Source of the DNA: a virus
Lineage: Duplodnaviria; Caudoviricetes
Virus record (IMG/VR): IMGVR_UViG_3300020716_000034
Span: 1-27,730 of that record
DNA: 27,730 nt
Strand: one strand, 5' to 3'
Shown here in pieces: positions 7,196 to 15,243 of this stretch. The position numbers and the translations under genes were made by a program. Position 1 is the first letter of the stretch; the number at the start of each line of letters is the position of its first letter. The notes under the pieces were generated by a model. That model was given only the letters and a program-made list of their open reading frames with translations. It had not been told where the DNA came from and did no database searches.

Positions 7196-7401
7196 GAGTA
7201 GGCACAATTTACTATAACAAAAACACCGATACCACCGAAGTTAGATGGTCAGATAATTTTGTTGTAGACCAATGGATTACTAAAATGGACGTACTAAAAG
7301 ACGTTCAGGGTATAACATGGATGGCATATGATTATGTACACGACAACCATGACAACAAATACAATGGAGACGGGTATATCCCCGAAACATTACAAGGATA
7401 A
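7192..7401 (+). CDS. hypothetical protein (69 aa)
   Basis: AAGGAG RBS, ATGA overlap. Confidence 0.7.
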   Translation: MRVGTIYYNKNTDTTEVRWSDNFVVDQWITKMDVLKDVQGITWMAYDYVHDNHDNKYNGDGYIPETLQG

Positions 7402-7515
7402 ATGATGACACACACAATGAAGTTTAATAATATCAACGAGATGATAGAGTGGATTGTAGAGAATGAGTTTTACAACCTATTGCCAGTAGACTTAACCATT
7501 CATTTAGGAGAATAA
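7402..7515 (+). CDS. hypothetical protein (37 aa)
   Basis: Manually read ORF after AAGGA; fills the gap. Confidence 0.45.
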   Translation: MMTHTMKFNNINEMIEWIVENEFYNLLPVDLTIHLGE

Positions 7516-7516
7516 T

Positions 7517-7828
7517 ATGTTGCACGAGATCACAATGCGTACTATTGAAGATTACTTTCAAAAGCCAACCGATGACATTGACGAGTTAGGTCATATTGAC
7601 CGAGAGATCAAGCAGCTAGAAAGCAGAGCTCGAGCACTTAAAGCCAGACTGATTGAGCGCGGCGTTGGCGTGTATAAAGGTGTACGATTTACCGCCGAAG
7701 TGCAACACTATGCACGCGCAACCATTAGCCCCATTTTGGTTAAAGAGTTTGGCACTACCGACTTTGTCGCGCAGGTAACCCAAGTTAAATCCGTTGATGC
7801 TGTTGTAGTTAGAGAAATCGGAGTATAA
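7517..7828 (+). CDS. hypothetical protein (103 aa)
   Basis: AGGAG RBS; N-terminal coiled coil IDELGHIDREIKQLE. Confidence 0.75.
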   Translation: MLHEITMRTIEDYFQKPTDDIDELGHIDREIKQLESRARALKARLIERGVGVYKGVRFTAEVQHYARATISPILVKEFGTTDFVAQVTQVKSVDAVVVREIGV

Positions 7829-7832
7829 TTAA

Positions 7833-8009
7833 ATGCGATTCGTTGGGTTTATACTTTTAATCATTGGCGCAAATGCCTATGAACACGATTACTACAATGG
7901 AATAGAGGGCATAAGATGGGATACACTTGGCATGGTTATTGTAGGATTTTTATTGTTATTCCCGAACTTCATCAGTTTATTCGGGGATAGAAATGTCAAA
8001 AGAAAATGA
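7833..8009 (+). CDS. small membrane protein (58 aa)
   Basis: Manually read MRFVGFILLIIGANAY...LGMVIVGFLLLFPNFISLF; GGAG RBS; two hydrophobic segments. Confidence 0.6.
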   Translation: MRFVGFILLIIGANAYEHDYYNGIEGIRWDTLGMVIVGFLLLFPNFISLFGDRNVKRK

Positions 8010-8568
8010 TTTATTAAGCGACTACCTAAACTCACTATATGGCATTGAACCATTGACAACCGAGGAGGAACACGAGCTAGCTGCTCGTATCTCCCAAGGT
8101 GATGCACTGGCATTAGACAAACTTATTACCCATAACCTTCGGTTTGTGGTGTATGTGGTGCGTAAGATGACAGCATGGGCACATGGCAAAGTGCCAGTAG
8201 AGGATATGATCGCGATGGGCAATGAAGCGTTATTCAAGGCGGCGCGGCAATGGACACCAACCAATAACGCGCGCTTTGCCACCTTTGCAAAATCGTTCAT
8301 TTTGATGGATGTCAGGCGCAATCTTGACAATACCGCCAATTTGATTCGTTTGCCTATCAATATCATGGAACAAATTAAGAAACTCAATTACAATGATAGA
8401 GTGTTATTTCAGATGCTTGGGCGCAAACCCAAATCGTCAGAATTAGCAAAGATCATGGGAATATCGGAATCAAAGGTGCACCAGCTACAAGGGTATATCA
8501 CACGCGAACCGATATCACTTGATAACATTAACCAAGAAAAATACATTGAGGAACTTAACGATGATTAA
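7993..8568 (+). CDS. sigma-70 family RNA polymerase sigma factor (regions 1.2-3, no region 4)
   Basis: Region 1.2 DYLNSL..PLTTEEEHELA, 2.1 LITHNLRFVV, 2.2 EDMIAMGNEALFKAA, 2.3 RFATFA, 3 LIRLP..LGRKP..ELAKIMGIS, ending shortly after ISLD. Confidence 0.9.
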   Translation: MSKENDLLSDYLNSLYGIEPLTTEEEHELAARISQGDALALDKLITHNLRFVVYVVRKMTAWAHGKVPVEDMIAMGNEALFKAARQWTPTNNARFATFAKSFILMDVRRNLDNTANLIRLPINIMEQIKKLNYNDRVLFQMLGRKPKSSELAKIMGISESKVHQLQGYITREPISLDNINQEKYIEELNDD

Positions 8569-8857
8569 ACTGACCGATGAACAACAAAAAGCCTACGACC
8601 GCTTTATAAAGGCTAGAAATCGAGTCGGAATTGTAAGAACGGCCAAGCAATACCCGTATGTACCATTAAAGGAAGTAATACAGACAGTTGACCAGGAGCA
8701 GTTAGGCCATCCCTTGTTTGAAATAAATATGGAATGGCTGGAGTATTTAGAGGCATCGCTAGCATGGTGGAAAGTTGAACCATCGTTCAGGCATGACGAG
8801 CGTATGCGTATGAGCCGGGGAGATTACGGCGTAGAGGATTCTTGGGAGGATCGATAA
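8561..8857 (+). CDS. hypothetical protein (98 aa)
   Basis: GAGGA RBS before ATG 8561; coupled to the sigma and MTase genes. Confidence 0.7.
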   Translation: MIKLTDEQQKAYDRFIKARNRVGIVRTAKQYPYVPLKEVIQTVDQEQLGHPLFEINMEWLEYLEASLAWWKVEPSFRHDERMRMSRGDYGVEDSWEDR

Positions 8858-10002
8858 TGAAATATTTATCAGTATGTAGTGGAGTTGAAGCTGCTACAGT
8901 GGCTTGGCATGATTTAGGCTGGCAACCAGTAGCATTTTCGGAGATTGAAAAGTTTCCAAGTGAAGTATTAGCGCATCATTATCCTAATGTGCCTAATGTG
9001 GGCGATATGACTAAATATAAGGAGTGGAATTTAAATGACTCAATTAACCTTCTCGTTGGAGGAACACCATGTCAATCCTTCTCCGTCGCAGGACTCAGAA
9101 AAGGGCTTGAAGACCCAAGGGGTAACCTCATGCTCACCTATGTTGGAATTCTTGACAAGTTTAGACCCAAGTGGTGCGTTTGGGAAAACGTGCCAGGTGT
9201 CCTCAGTTCAAACGGAGGACGGGATTTTGGTTCCTTCCTCGGGGCGTTGGTCGAACTCGGGTATGGGTTCGCATATCGGGTGCTTGACGCTCAAAACTTT
9301 GGAGTACCCCAGCGCCGCCGTCGAGTCTTCGTTGTTGGATGTCTTGGAGACTGGATCAGTCCATCAAAGGTTCTTTTTGAGCCCGACTGCTTGCTCGGGG
9401 ATTCTAAGAAGAGCCGCAGTAAGAAACAAGGTACTCCCGCCTTTACTTCAAGCAGCTTTGGAGGCTACAGTGAGGGCGTCGGAACAGTCAGAGCCAGCGG
9501 TGGAGATCTCGGTGGCGGATCAGAAACCCTAATTGCTACACCAGACTTAGAGCACACCATTGATACAACTGGCACGCAAGGTGTTGCGTATGGGTTTACC
9601 CAATGCGACGCAGCCCGTGACATTGGTGATGATGTCAGCCCAACATTACGCTCGGGTGGTGATGGTGGTTATCCTAACCACGCTGTTGCATACTCGATTC
9701 GTGAAGACGCTAAAGCAAACAACTTCTCTGCCACAGCGTTAGAGGTGACACCAGCGCTCCAGGCGTTACGCCCTTCGGTTCAATCACACCATGCTCAAAC
9801 TTTCATAGCACAGACCATGGCAGTGCGTCGCCTAACACCAGTGGAGTGTGAACGCTTGCAAGGCTTTCCCGACAACTACACCAACATCCCATGGCGTAAA
9901 AAAGACGAGGCACCAGACGGCCCACGCTACAAGGCAATGGGTAACTCCATGGCGGTTCCTGTGATGAAATGGATTGGACAAAGAATAGAGGAGATGGTAT
10001 GA
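8857..10002 (+). CDS. DNA (cytosine-5) methyltransferase
   Basis: Motif I LSVCSGVEA, IV GGTPCQSFS, VI WENVPG, VIII GVPQRRRRVF, IX RRLTPVECERLQGFPD, X YKAMGNSMAVP. Confidence 0.95.
   Translation: MKYLSVCSGVEAATVAWHDLGWQPVAFSEIEKFPSEVLAHHYPNVPNVGDMTKYKEWNLNDSINLLVGGTPCQSFSVAGLRKGLEDPRGNLMLTYVGILDKFRPKWCVWENVPGVLSSNGGRDFGSFLGALVELGYGFAYRVLDAQNFGVPQRRRRVFVVGCLGDWISPSKVLFEPDCLLGDSKKSRSKKQGTPAFTSSSFGGYSEGVGTVRASGGDLGGGSETLIATPDLEHTIDTTGTQGVAYGFTQCDAARDIGDDVSPTLRSGGDGGYPNHAVAYSIREDAKANNFSATALEVTPALQALRPSVQSHHAQTFIAQTMAVRRLTPVECERLQGFPDNYTNIPWRKKDEAPDGPRYKAMGNSMAVPVMKWIGQRIEEMV
9035..9532 (+). CDS. overlapping alternative-frame ORF, M.EcoHK31I beta-subunit-like
   Basis: 165-aa +1-frame ORF nested in the MTase with its own AAGGAG RBS; C-terminus SSLLDVLETGSVHQRFFLSPTACSGILRRA..LPPLLQAAL matches my recollection of this family. 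Confidence 0.65.
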   Translation: MTQLTFSLEEHHVNPSPSQDSEKGLKTQGVTSCSPMLEFLTSLDPSGAFGKTCQVSSVQTEDGILVPSSGRWSNSGMGSHIGCLTLKTLEYPSAAVESSLLDVLETGSVHQRFFLSPTACSGILRRAAVRNKVLPPLLQAALEATVRASEQSEPAVEISVADQKP

Positions 10003-10193
10003 CGATAATACCTACAGACATTTATGACAAAGAGGGCAATATGCTCCGCATTGAATTCCATGACAGCAAGGGTGATTTTGCCTTTCAGGTGTTATGGGAT
10101 CCAAGAGACGAGCAAACCAGTACTAATTGTGAGGAGTTGCGTAAGTATGCCTACCGGATGGCTGACCAATTAGGCTATGAGGTGAACAAATGA
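9999..10193 (+). CDS. hypothetical protein (64 aa)
   Basis: GAGGAG RBS, ATGA overlap with the MTase stop. Confidence 0.7.
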   Translation: MTIIPTDIYDKEGNMLRIEFHDSKGDFAFQVLWDPRDEQTSTNCEELRKYAYRMADQLGYEVNK

Positions 10194-10291
10194 CCAAGCA
10201 GCAACGCTCAGACCTATTGATCAAATGGCTGCTTGTTTTTGCAGCAGCTTACTTTCTTGGGCATATTGCCCTATATCTCGTGAGGTTATAA
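10190..10291 (+). CDS. small single-TM protein (33 aa)
   Basis: Manually read MTKQQRSDLLIKWLLVFAAAYFLGHIALYLVRL; GAGGTG RBS. Confidence 0.55.
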   Translation: MTKQQRSDLLIKWLLVFAAAYFLGHIALYLVRL

Positions 10292-10425
10292 TGAAGACAC
10301 TTATCTGTGCAGTTTGGTTATATGCCGTTTCTTTACCGGTTTTTGCTGATGTGGTGGTTATTCAGACTCCAACCGGTCCTCAAACCACTTGCATCGTTTT
10401 AAAAGGGTTAATTAGCTGCTCATAA
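10291..10425 (+). CDS. small exported protein (44 aa)
   Basis: MKTLICAVWLYAVSLPVFA-D signal-peptide-like start; two Cys in the mature part. Confidence 0.55.
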   Translation: MKTLICAVWLYAVSLPVFADVVVIQTPTGPQTTCIVLKGLISCS

Positions 10426-10454
10426 TCGACTCTGTCTCCATTTAAATCGTTATG

Positions 10455-10715
10455 AATCAACGACTTGCGGGGTATCCGATGTTTGTGCGGTGTTTGAAAT
10501 GAAAAATGCTGAAAAAACCACTTATAAATCAACGACTTGCGGGGTATCCGATGTATCCGATGTATTTTCAAGTCATTCCATATAATATTTATTTTTTATT
10601 TTTTATTTTTTAAATAAACATAAATAAACATCGGATACACCGGATACCCCGCAGTGCCTTGTTTTTAAAGGAGATTTTTTGGGAAAATCGTGCGGGGTTG
10701 ACGGGGAAGACGATG
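10455..10715. other. putative replication origin (iteron element copy 2, with IHF sites)
   Basis: 25-bp inverted arms 10539-10563 and 10628-10652 (1 mismatch) around an AT-rich core; two WATCAANNNNTTR IHF matches (10455-10467, 10527-10539); directly upstream of primase-helicase. Confidence 0.7.
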
Positions 10716-10731
10716 TTCATAAAACTGTCAC
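10714..10731 (+). promoter_or_regulatory. Pho-box-like site
   Basis: TGTTCAT-AAAA-CTGTCAC versus PhoB consensus CTGTCAT-A(A/T)A(T/A)-CTGTCAY. Confidence 0.4.
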
Positions 10732-10759
10732 AATTATTTTTCACAATGTGAAACGAGGA

Positions 10760-10771
10760 TTTGCATTAGTA
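10760..10771 (+). promoter_or_regulatory. putative phage promoter TTTGCATTAGTA
   Basis: Ends about 20 nt upstream of the primase ATG. Confidence 0.7.
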
Positions 10772-10791
10772 AGTATAACAAAAGAGAAAAA

Positions 10792-13095
10792 ATGATCAAA
10801 CCGACACCACTACCAGTCCAGTTCAACAGCATACCGATGGAACTCAAGCGCATCCCGCGTTGGGTACTTTGGAAGTTTGTTGAAATTGGCGATGAAAGCA
10901 ATAAACGCTGGTCAAAGATCCCCACACAGGCATCCGGCCAACCTGCCAGCTCAACCAATCCGGATACATGGACAGACTTTCTGACTGTCCAGCATGAGTA
11001 TGAAGCCAACCCAACCAAATACGCAGGCATCGGATTTGTTTTCTCCGGTGACGATGATATCATCGGTGTCGATCTGGACGACTGCTACGATGTCCATGCC
11101 GGCAGTTTCATAAATGCTGCATCGCAACAATTAGCCTCCCAAATTGATGGCTATATGGAGATCAGCCCATCGGGCACTGGCGTCAAAATATTCACACGCG
11201 CCAATCTGCCAGCCAGCCACGTTGACCATGCCATCGGTTTGGAGATATACCCCAAATCGCGATTCTTTACAGTCACTGGGCACCACCTTAGCGGCGCCTT
11301 ACCGAGCGACGTTCAAGACCTGACGACTATCGTGCCACCACGCACGATAACTCGGACAGGGGATGCCTTTGCTGACTATGTGCCACCACTCGAAGACTAT
11401 GACGTGGCGCGGGTCGAGACTGAGATCCTGGCCAATCTACCCCAAGAGATGTACGGGTATGACGATTGGCTTAAAGTCGGCATGATCATGCATCACCAGT
11501 TTGATGGCGACGTTGAAGCGTTAGAAGCATGGGATCGTTGGAGCTCACAAGGACCGGACTACCACACCGATGCATGTGCCAGCAAGTGGCGAACATTCAA
11601 AGGATCTGGCGCAACATTGCGCTCGCTCTTATTTATTGTCAATCAGGCCAAACAGGTCGAGGCGCTCAAACGCGGCGAGATTATCCTTGATCAAAATGTC
11701 ATGAATCAGGCGCGTGTATTCCTAGACAATACGTACTCCAGTGAAGAAGGCTATCGTCTTGTGCACTATGCTAGTGACTTTTATATGCATGCCAAGACAC
11801 ACTACGAGATTATCGAAGAGGCCACGATTCGCTCTGAGCTGTACAAGCTCTTAGACAAATGTCAAAAGACTGGCAAGCAAGGCGCTCTTTTGCCGTTCAA
11901 TCCAAACCCAGCGTCTGTCTCTGCAGCCCTTGATGCTACTAAATCCATTGTGCACTTGCCAAACCATGCACATACCAAACCACCGATTTGGTTAGCTGAC
12001 TATGCTCAGTCCAAACCGGACGCATCTAAATTGATTTCACTGCAAAATGGTTTATTCCATCTTGAAGACTCAATTTTGCTGCCACACTCACTAGGTTTCT
12101 TTACTCAGAACTCATTGCCGTTTGAGTACAACCCACAGGCACAGTGTCCGGTGTGGATGCAGTTCTTACAATCTGTATGGCCGGACGATCAAGAGTCGAT
12201 TGACTGCCTGCAAGAGATGTTTGGTTATATCATCTCAGGCGATACTCGCCAACAGAAGTTTTTTAATATCATCGGCCCACGCCGTTCAGGCAAGGGAACT
12301 ATTAACAAAGTGTTAGTCGAGCTATTGGGGCAACACAACACTGTCGCACCTGAATTAGGAGAACTTTGTGATACCTTTGGTCTGCAGCCTTGGCTGGGTA
12401 AGCTCCTCGCTTCTTTTACTGATGCAAGAGCACCTGACCGCAATCGATCTGCTGTTGTATCTCAGTTGCTCCGTATTGTGGGCGGCGATACCATTACTGT
12501 CAACCGAAAAAACAAAGAGTCTTGGAATGGTTATCTCCCTACTCGCATTGTTATTTACTCTAACGAGGTTATTCAGCTAACGGAAAACTCCAACGCGCTC
12601 ACCGGCCGTATGATTATGTTTAAGATGACCAAGTCGTTTTGGAGTAAGGAAGACACCGATCTGTCATTCAAGCTGCGTGGTGAATTGTCCGGTATCTTTA
12701 ACTGGGCAATGGAAGGACTCAAGCGCCGCTTAGCCCGTGGCGGTTACTTCATTCAGCCTCAGTCTGGTAAAGAGCTTTTAGACCTTGCTGCTAAATCAGG
12801 CAATCCGTTCTTGGAGTTTATGGAAGACACACTAGTACTAGATCCAATGGCATCGGTTAAGAAGTCTGAGCTGTATGAGTGCTGGAAACATTGGGCGATT
12901 AAGAAGGGCATGCCGCCTGGCACCGAGCAGGCGTTCAAGCGTCGCTTTGCAGCGGCAACACAGGAGAGCGGCATTCAGGCACAAGAGACTCGAGTGAACG
13001 GAGAGCGTCTCAATCTATTTGCCGGTGCGAAGTTTACTGAAAGGGCGCAACGCCACGTGGATCAGCAGGTAATTTTTGAAGAGGACATTTACTAA
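10792..13095 (+). CDS. primase-helicase (PrimPol-type primase, PriCT-2, D5/P4-type SF3 helicase)
   Basis: IPMELK..PRWVLWK, IGVDLDDC, EISPSGTG, YDDWLKVGM..WDRWS, Walker A GPRRSGKGT, IVGGDTITVNRKNK. Confidence 0.92.
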   Translation: MIKPTPLPVQFNSIPMELKRIPRWVLWKFVEIGDESNKRWSKIPTQASGQPASSTNPDTWTDFLTVQHEYEANPTKYAGIGFVFSGDDDIIGVDLDDCYDVHAGSFINAASQQLASQIDGYMEISPSGTGVKIFTRANLPASHVDHAIGLEIYPKSRFFTVTGHHLSGALPSDVQDLTTIVPPRTITRTGDAFADYVPPLEDYDVARVETEILANLPQEMYGYDDWLKVGMIMHHQFDGDVEALEAWDRWSSQGPDYHTDACASKWRTFKGSGATLRSLLFIVNQAKQVEALKRGEIILDQNVMNQARVFLDNTYSSEEGYRLVHYASDFYMHAKTHYEIIEEATIRSELYKLLDKCQKTGKQGALLPFNPNPASVSAALDATKSIVHLPNHAHTKPPIWLADYAQSKPDASKLISLQNGLFHLEDSILLPHSLGFFTQNSLPFEYNPQAQCPVWMQFLQSVWPDDQESIDCLQEMFGYIISGDTRQQKFFNIIGPRRSGKGTINKVLVELLGQHNTVAPELGELCDTFGLQPWLGKLLASFTDARAPDRNRSAVVSQLLRIVGGDTITVNRKNKESWNGYLPTRIVIYSNEVIQLTENSNALTGRMIMFKMTKSFWSKEDTDLSFKLRGELSGIFNWAMEGLKRRLARGGYFIQPQSGKELLDLAAKSGNPFLEFMEDTLVLDPMASVKKSELYECWKHWAIKKGMPPGTEQAFKRRFAAATQESGIQAQETRVNGERLNLFAGAKFTERAQRHVDQQVIFEEDIY

Positions 13096-13226
13096 TGATT
13101 AGTTTATTGACTGCATTTTTTATGTATTATTCCGATGCACCATGGTATTGGTGGGCTGTATGGATTGTAATCTTCACAGTCCGCAGTCTGTCTCAACTCA
13201 TCTCTTTGTATATAAAGATGCAATGA
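13095..13226 (+). CDS. small membrane protein (43 aa)
   Basis: Manually read MISLLTAFFMYYSDAPWYWWAVWIVIF...; GAGGA RBS, TAATG overlap. Confidence 0.6.
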   Translation: MISLLTAFFMYYSDAPWYWWAVWIVIFTVRSLSQLISLYIKMQ

Positions 13227-13498
13227 AATCGTTTCAATTTCCACGCATCGTCAAACGCAAACTCTTCACCATCATCTTTGGCGGTGTGGGTAAGCGCCGC
13301 TACGTGCAGGACTTTATGTCATACACACCAAGCCCACTGACGCGTGTTGTTGCGCCCCTATCAGTCAAGCGTTTTAAAATGCAGAAGATCCGCCGCGCTC
13401 ATCAAGGCTGGCGCAACAGAACGTTTGGCACTATTCAGGCAATTAAGATTCGGCTACAATTTGGCAGACGACCTGTAGTGCCACAGTTTAGGAGATAA
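13223..13498 (+). CDS. basic hypothetical protein (91 aa)
   Basis: ATGA overlap; Arg/Lys-rich. Confidence 0.55.
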   Translation: MKSFQFPRIVKRKLFTIIFGGVGKRRYVQDFMSYTPSPLTRVVAPLSVKRFKMQKIRRAHQGWRNRTFGTIQAIKIRLQFGRRPVVPQFRR

Positions 13499-13499
13499 C

Positions 13500-13697
13500 A
13501 TGAAGCTATATAATTTAAAACATGGTGACAACTTCAAGATCATTGATCAAGAGATCAAGGTGCCACCAGCCGCACCACAACCAGCCGATGACGTAACGTA
13601 TCACTACACCCACGTTGACGGTATGTACGCACCATGCGAAGGCACAGACGGTGAGCGTTATTATTTTGCCGCATGGACAGAAGTGGAGCTAGTATGA
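13500..13697 (+). CDS. hypothetical protein (65 aa)
   Basis: AGGAG RBS. Confidence 0.7.
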   Translation: MKLYNLKHGDNFKIIDQEIKVPPAAPQPADDVTYHYTHVDGMYAPCEGTDGERYYFAAWTEVELV

Positions 13698-13888
13698 GAG
13701 ACGGCGGCAAGGGTGACAAGCAACGCCCACTTAGCGTACCAAAGGAGCAGTTTGAGAATAACTGGGACGCTATATTTGGTAACAAGAAAGAAGAGTGGGA
13801 TCCATACGAGTACCTATGCCCAAACTGTGTATCACCATGGAAGTGCAATGGACCACACATACAGGAAGAAAACGATGAACGCAAATGA
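13694..13888 (+). CDS. hypothetical protein (64 aa; DGGKG..RP..F..NWD.IF motif, CxxC)
   Basis: GGAG RBS; NinD-like N-terminus and C-terminal CPNC..C..H. Confidence 0.65.
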   Translation: MRDGGKGDKQRPLSVPKEQFENNWDAIFGNKKEEWDPYEYLCPNCVSPWKCNGPHIQEENDERK

Positions 13889-14069
13889 ACTAGCTGAACT
13901 AATTGAGCACTTAGAAAATGCAAAGTATATTGGTGCAAGTAAAGCTGCCACCATGCTACGCCAGCAACAAGCTGAAATAGAAGCGTTGAAAGAAGCATTG
14001 AGTATGAAAGTTATTCTTAACGAACATGCCCAACAGTCAATGAAAGAAATCAAGGAGCTATTGAAATGA
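13875..14069 (+). CDS. hypothetical protein (64 aa)
   Basis: MNANELA..AATMLRQQQAEIEALK, a common phage coiled-coil motif. Confidence 0.7.
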   Translation: MNANELAELIEHLENAKYIGASKAATMLRQQQAEIEALKEALSMKVILNEHAQQSMKEIKELLK

Positions 14070-14422
14070 CCACCTTCACCACACAAGACCGGCAAGATGC
14101 CGAACGAGACGGAAAATGCCAACACTGCCAAAACGGGTGTATTGCCTGTGATGCTAGAGTTTTATTAACTCAAGAAGTGTTACGCATCGGTGAGATATTA
14201 GGCTTGAAGACAACCAGCTCCGACTACAACGCCTTCAAGGTAATGGAAGTCATCAAGCAACTCATCGACGCCAGCCGACTCGCCAGCAAGCCAATGAAAA
14301 AGCGCCCGTTGACCGACCAAGAGTTACTTAAAATGGCATCAGATAAGTTTCATTACACCGAGTACAAACTCGCAATCGAGTTCGCCCGTGCCATCGAACG
14401 CGCCCACGGAATAGGAGAATAG
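14066..14422 (+). CDS. hypothetical protein (118 aa)
   Basis: AAGGAG RBS; CQHC..CIACDA and PLTD.E..FARAIERAHGI motifs. Confidence 0.75.
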   Translation: MTTFTTQDRQDAERDGKCQHCQNGCIACDARVLLTQEVLRIGEILGLKTTSSDYNAFKVMEVIKQLIDASRLASKPMKKRPLTDQELLKMASDKFHYTEYKLAIEFARAIERAHGIGE

Positions 14423-14496
14423 GAGAATAGGAGAATAGGAGAATAGGAGAATAGGAGAATAGGAGAATAGGAGAATAGGAGAATAGGAGAATAGGA
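14409..14496 (+). repeat. perfect tandem repeat (GAATAGGA)x11
   Basis: 88 bp read directly from sequence. Confidence 0.95.
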
Positions 14497-14675
14497 TGAT
14501 TATAGAAAACGACAGCATTCAGATTAACATTTATAAAAGCACATGGTTCACTGGCACACCATTCCAGTGGAACAACAAGAGACTTAACGGTGGTGACATG
14601 TACTCATGCTACCGATTTGGACCGCTACTTATCCACGTTAGAACCAAACCCAGACAATATGAATGGAAACCATGA
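14496..14675 (+). CDS. hypothetical protein (59 aa)
   Basis: Manually read MIIENDSIQINIYKSTWF...; the SD is supplied by the tandem repeat. Confidence 0.6.
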   Translation: MIIENDSIQINIYKSTWFTGTPFQWNNKRLNGGDMYSCYRFGPLLIHVRTKPRQYEWKP

Positions 14676-14791
14676 GCTTCACCATCTACCAAGCAGACGG
14701 GCTCAAAGTCATCCAGTGGTTCCGCTCAACTGATGAACTAATTGCCAGTATGCTGGCCAACCCTAACCACAAGTATCACCGAAATGACTAA
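14672..14791 (+). CDS. hypothetical protein (39 aa)
   Basis: MSFTIYQADGLKVIQWF...; ATGA overlap. Confidence 0.55.
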   Translation: MSFTIYQADGLKVIQWFRSTDELIASMLANPNHKYHRND

Positions 14792-14981
14792 ACTGCCTAA
14801 ACATCAAACCAAAAAAGAACAAAAAGAGATGGACAAATACCTCAAAGAGAAGTTTGCAGAAATTTCGAGAGGCCAAGAGCTCATCCCTGTTGTGCTTGAC
14901 CGCGCAACATGGGAAGGCATAGTATATTCAATTAACTTAGCATTAAAACTGGAGAAAAAACATGGCAACAAAAAAGATTAA
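14784..14981 (+). CDS. hypothetical protein (65 aa)
   Basis: ATG 14784 in frame with track ORF 14742..14981. Confidence 0.6.
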   Translation: MTKLPKHQTKKEQKEMDKYLKEKFAEISRGQELIPVVLDRATWEGIVYSINLALKLEKKHGNKKD

Positions 14982-15243
14982 AGTAGTAGAACCAGCAATC
15001 GTAGAAAAATCTGGCAAAGTAGTTAAAGGCACACCAGCCGAGAGCCACGAACAAATTATCAAAAAGACTGGCAAAGCAGCCAAAGGTGCTAAGCATGAAT
15101 TTGTATTATCCGATGGCAAGATTGCTACTCGCACCAAAGCAGCCAAAGTCGCTAAGGCCGCTGGTGAAGTAAAGAAACCTGGCAAAAAACTACACAGCCA
15201 TGAGCTACGTCAAGGCCTTGGTATCAAGAAAGCCAAAGAATGA
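14962..15243 (+). CDS. Lys/Ala-rich basic protein (93 aa)
   Basis: GGAG RBS; roughly one quarter Lys. Confidence 0.75.
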   Translation: MATKKIKVVEPAIVEKSGKVVKGTPAESHEQIIKKTGKAAKGAKHEFVLSDGKIATRTKAAKVAKAAGEVKKPGKKLHSHELRQGLGIKKAKE

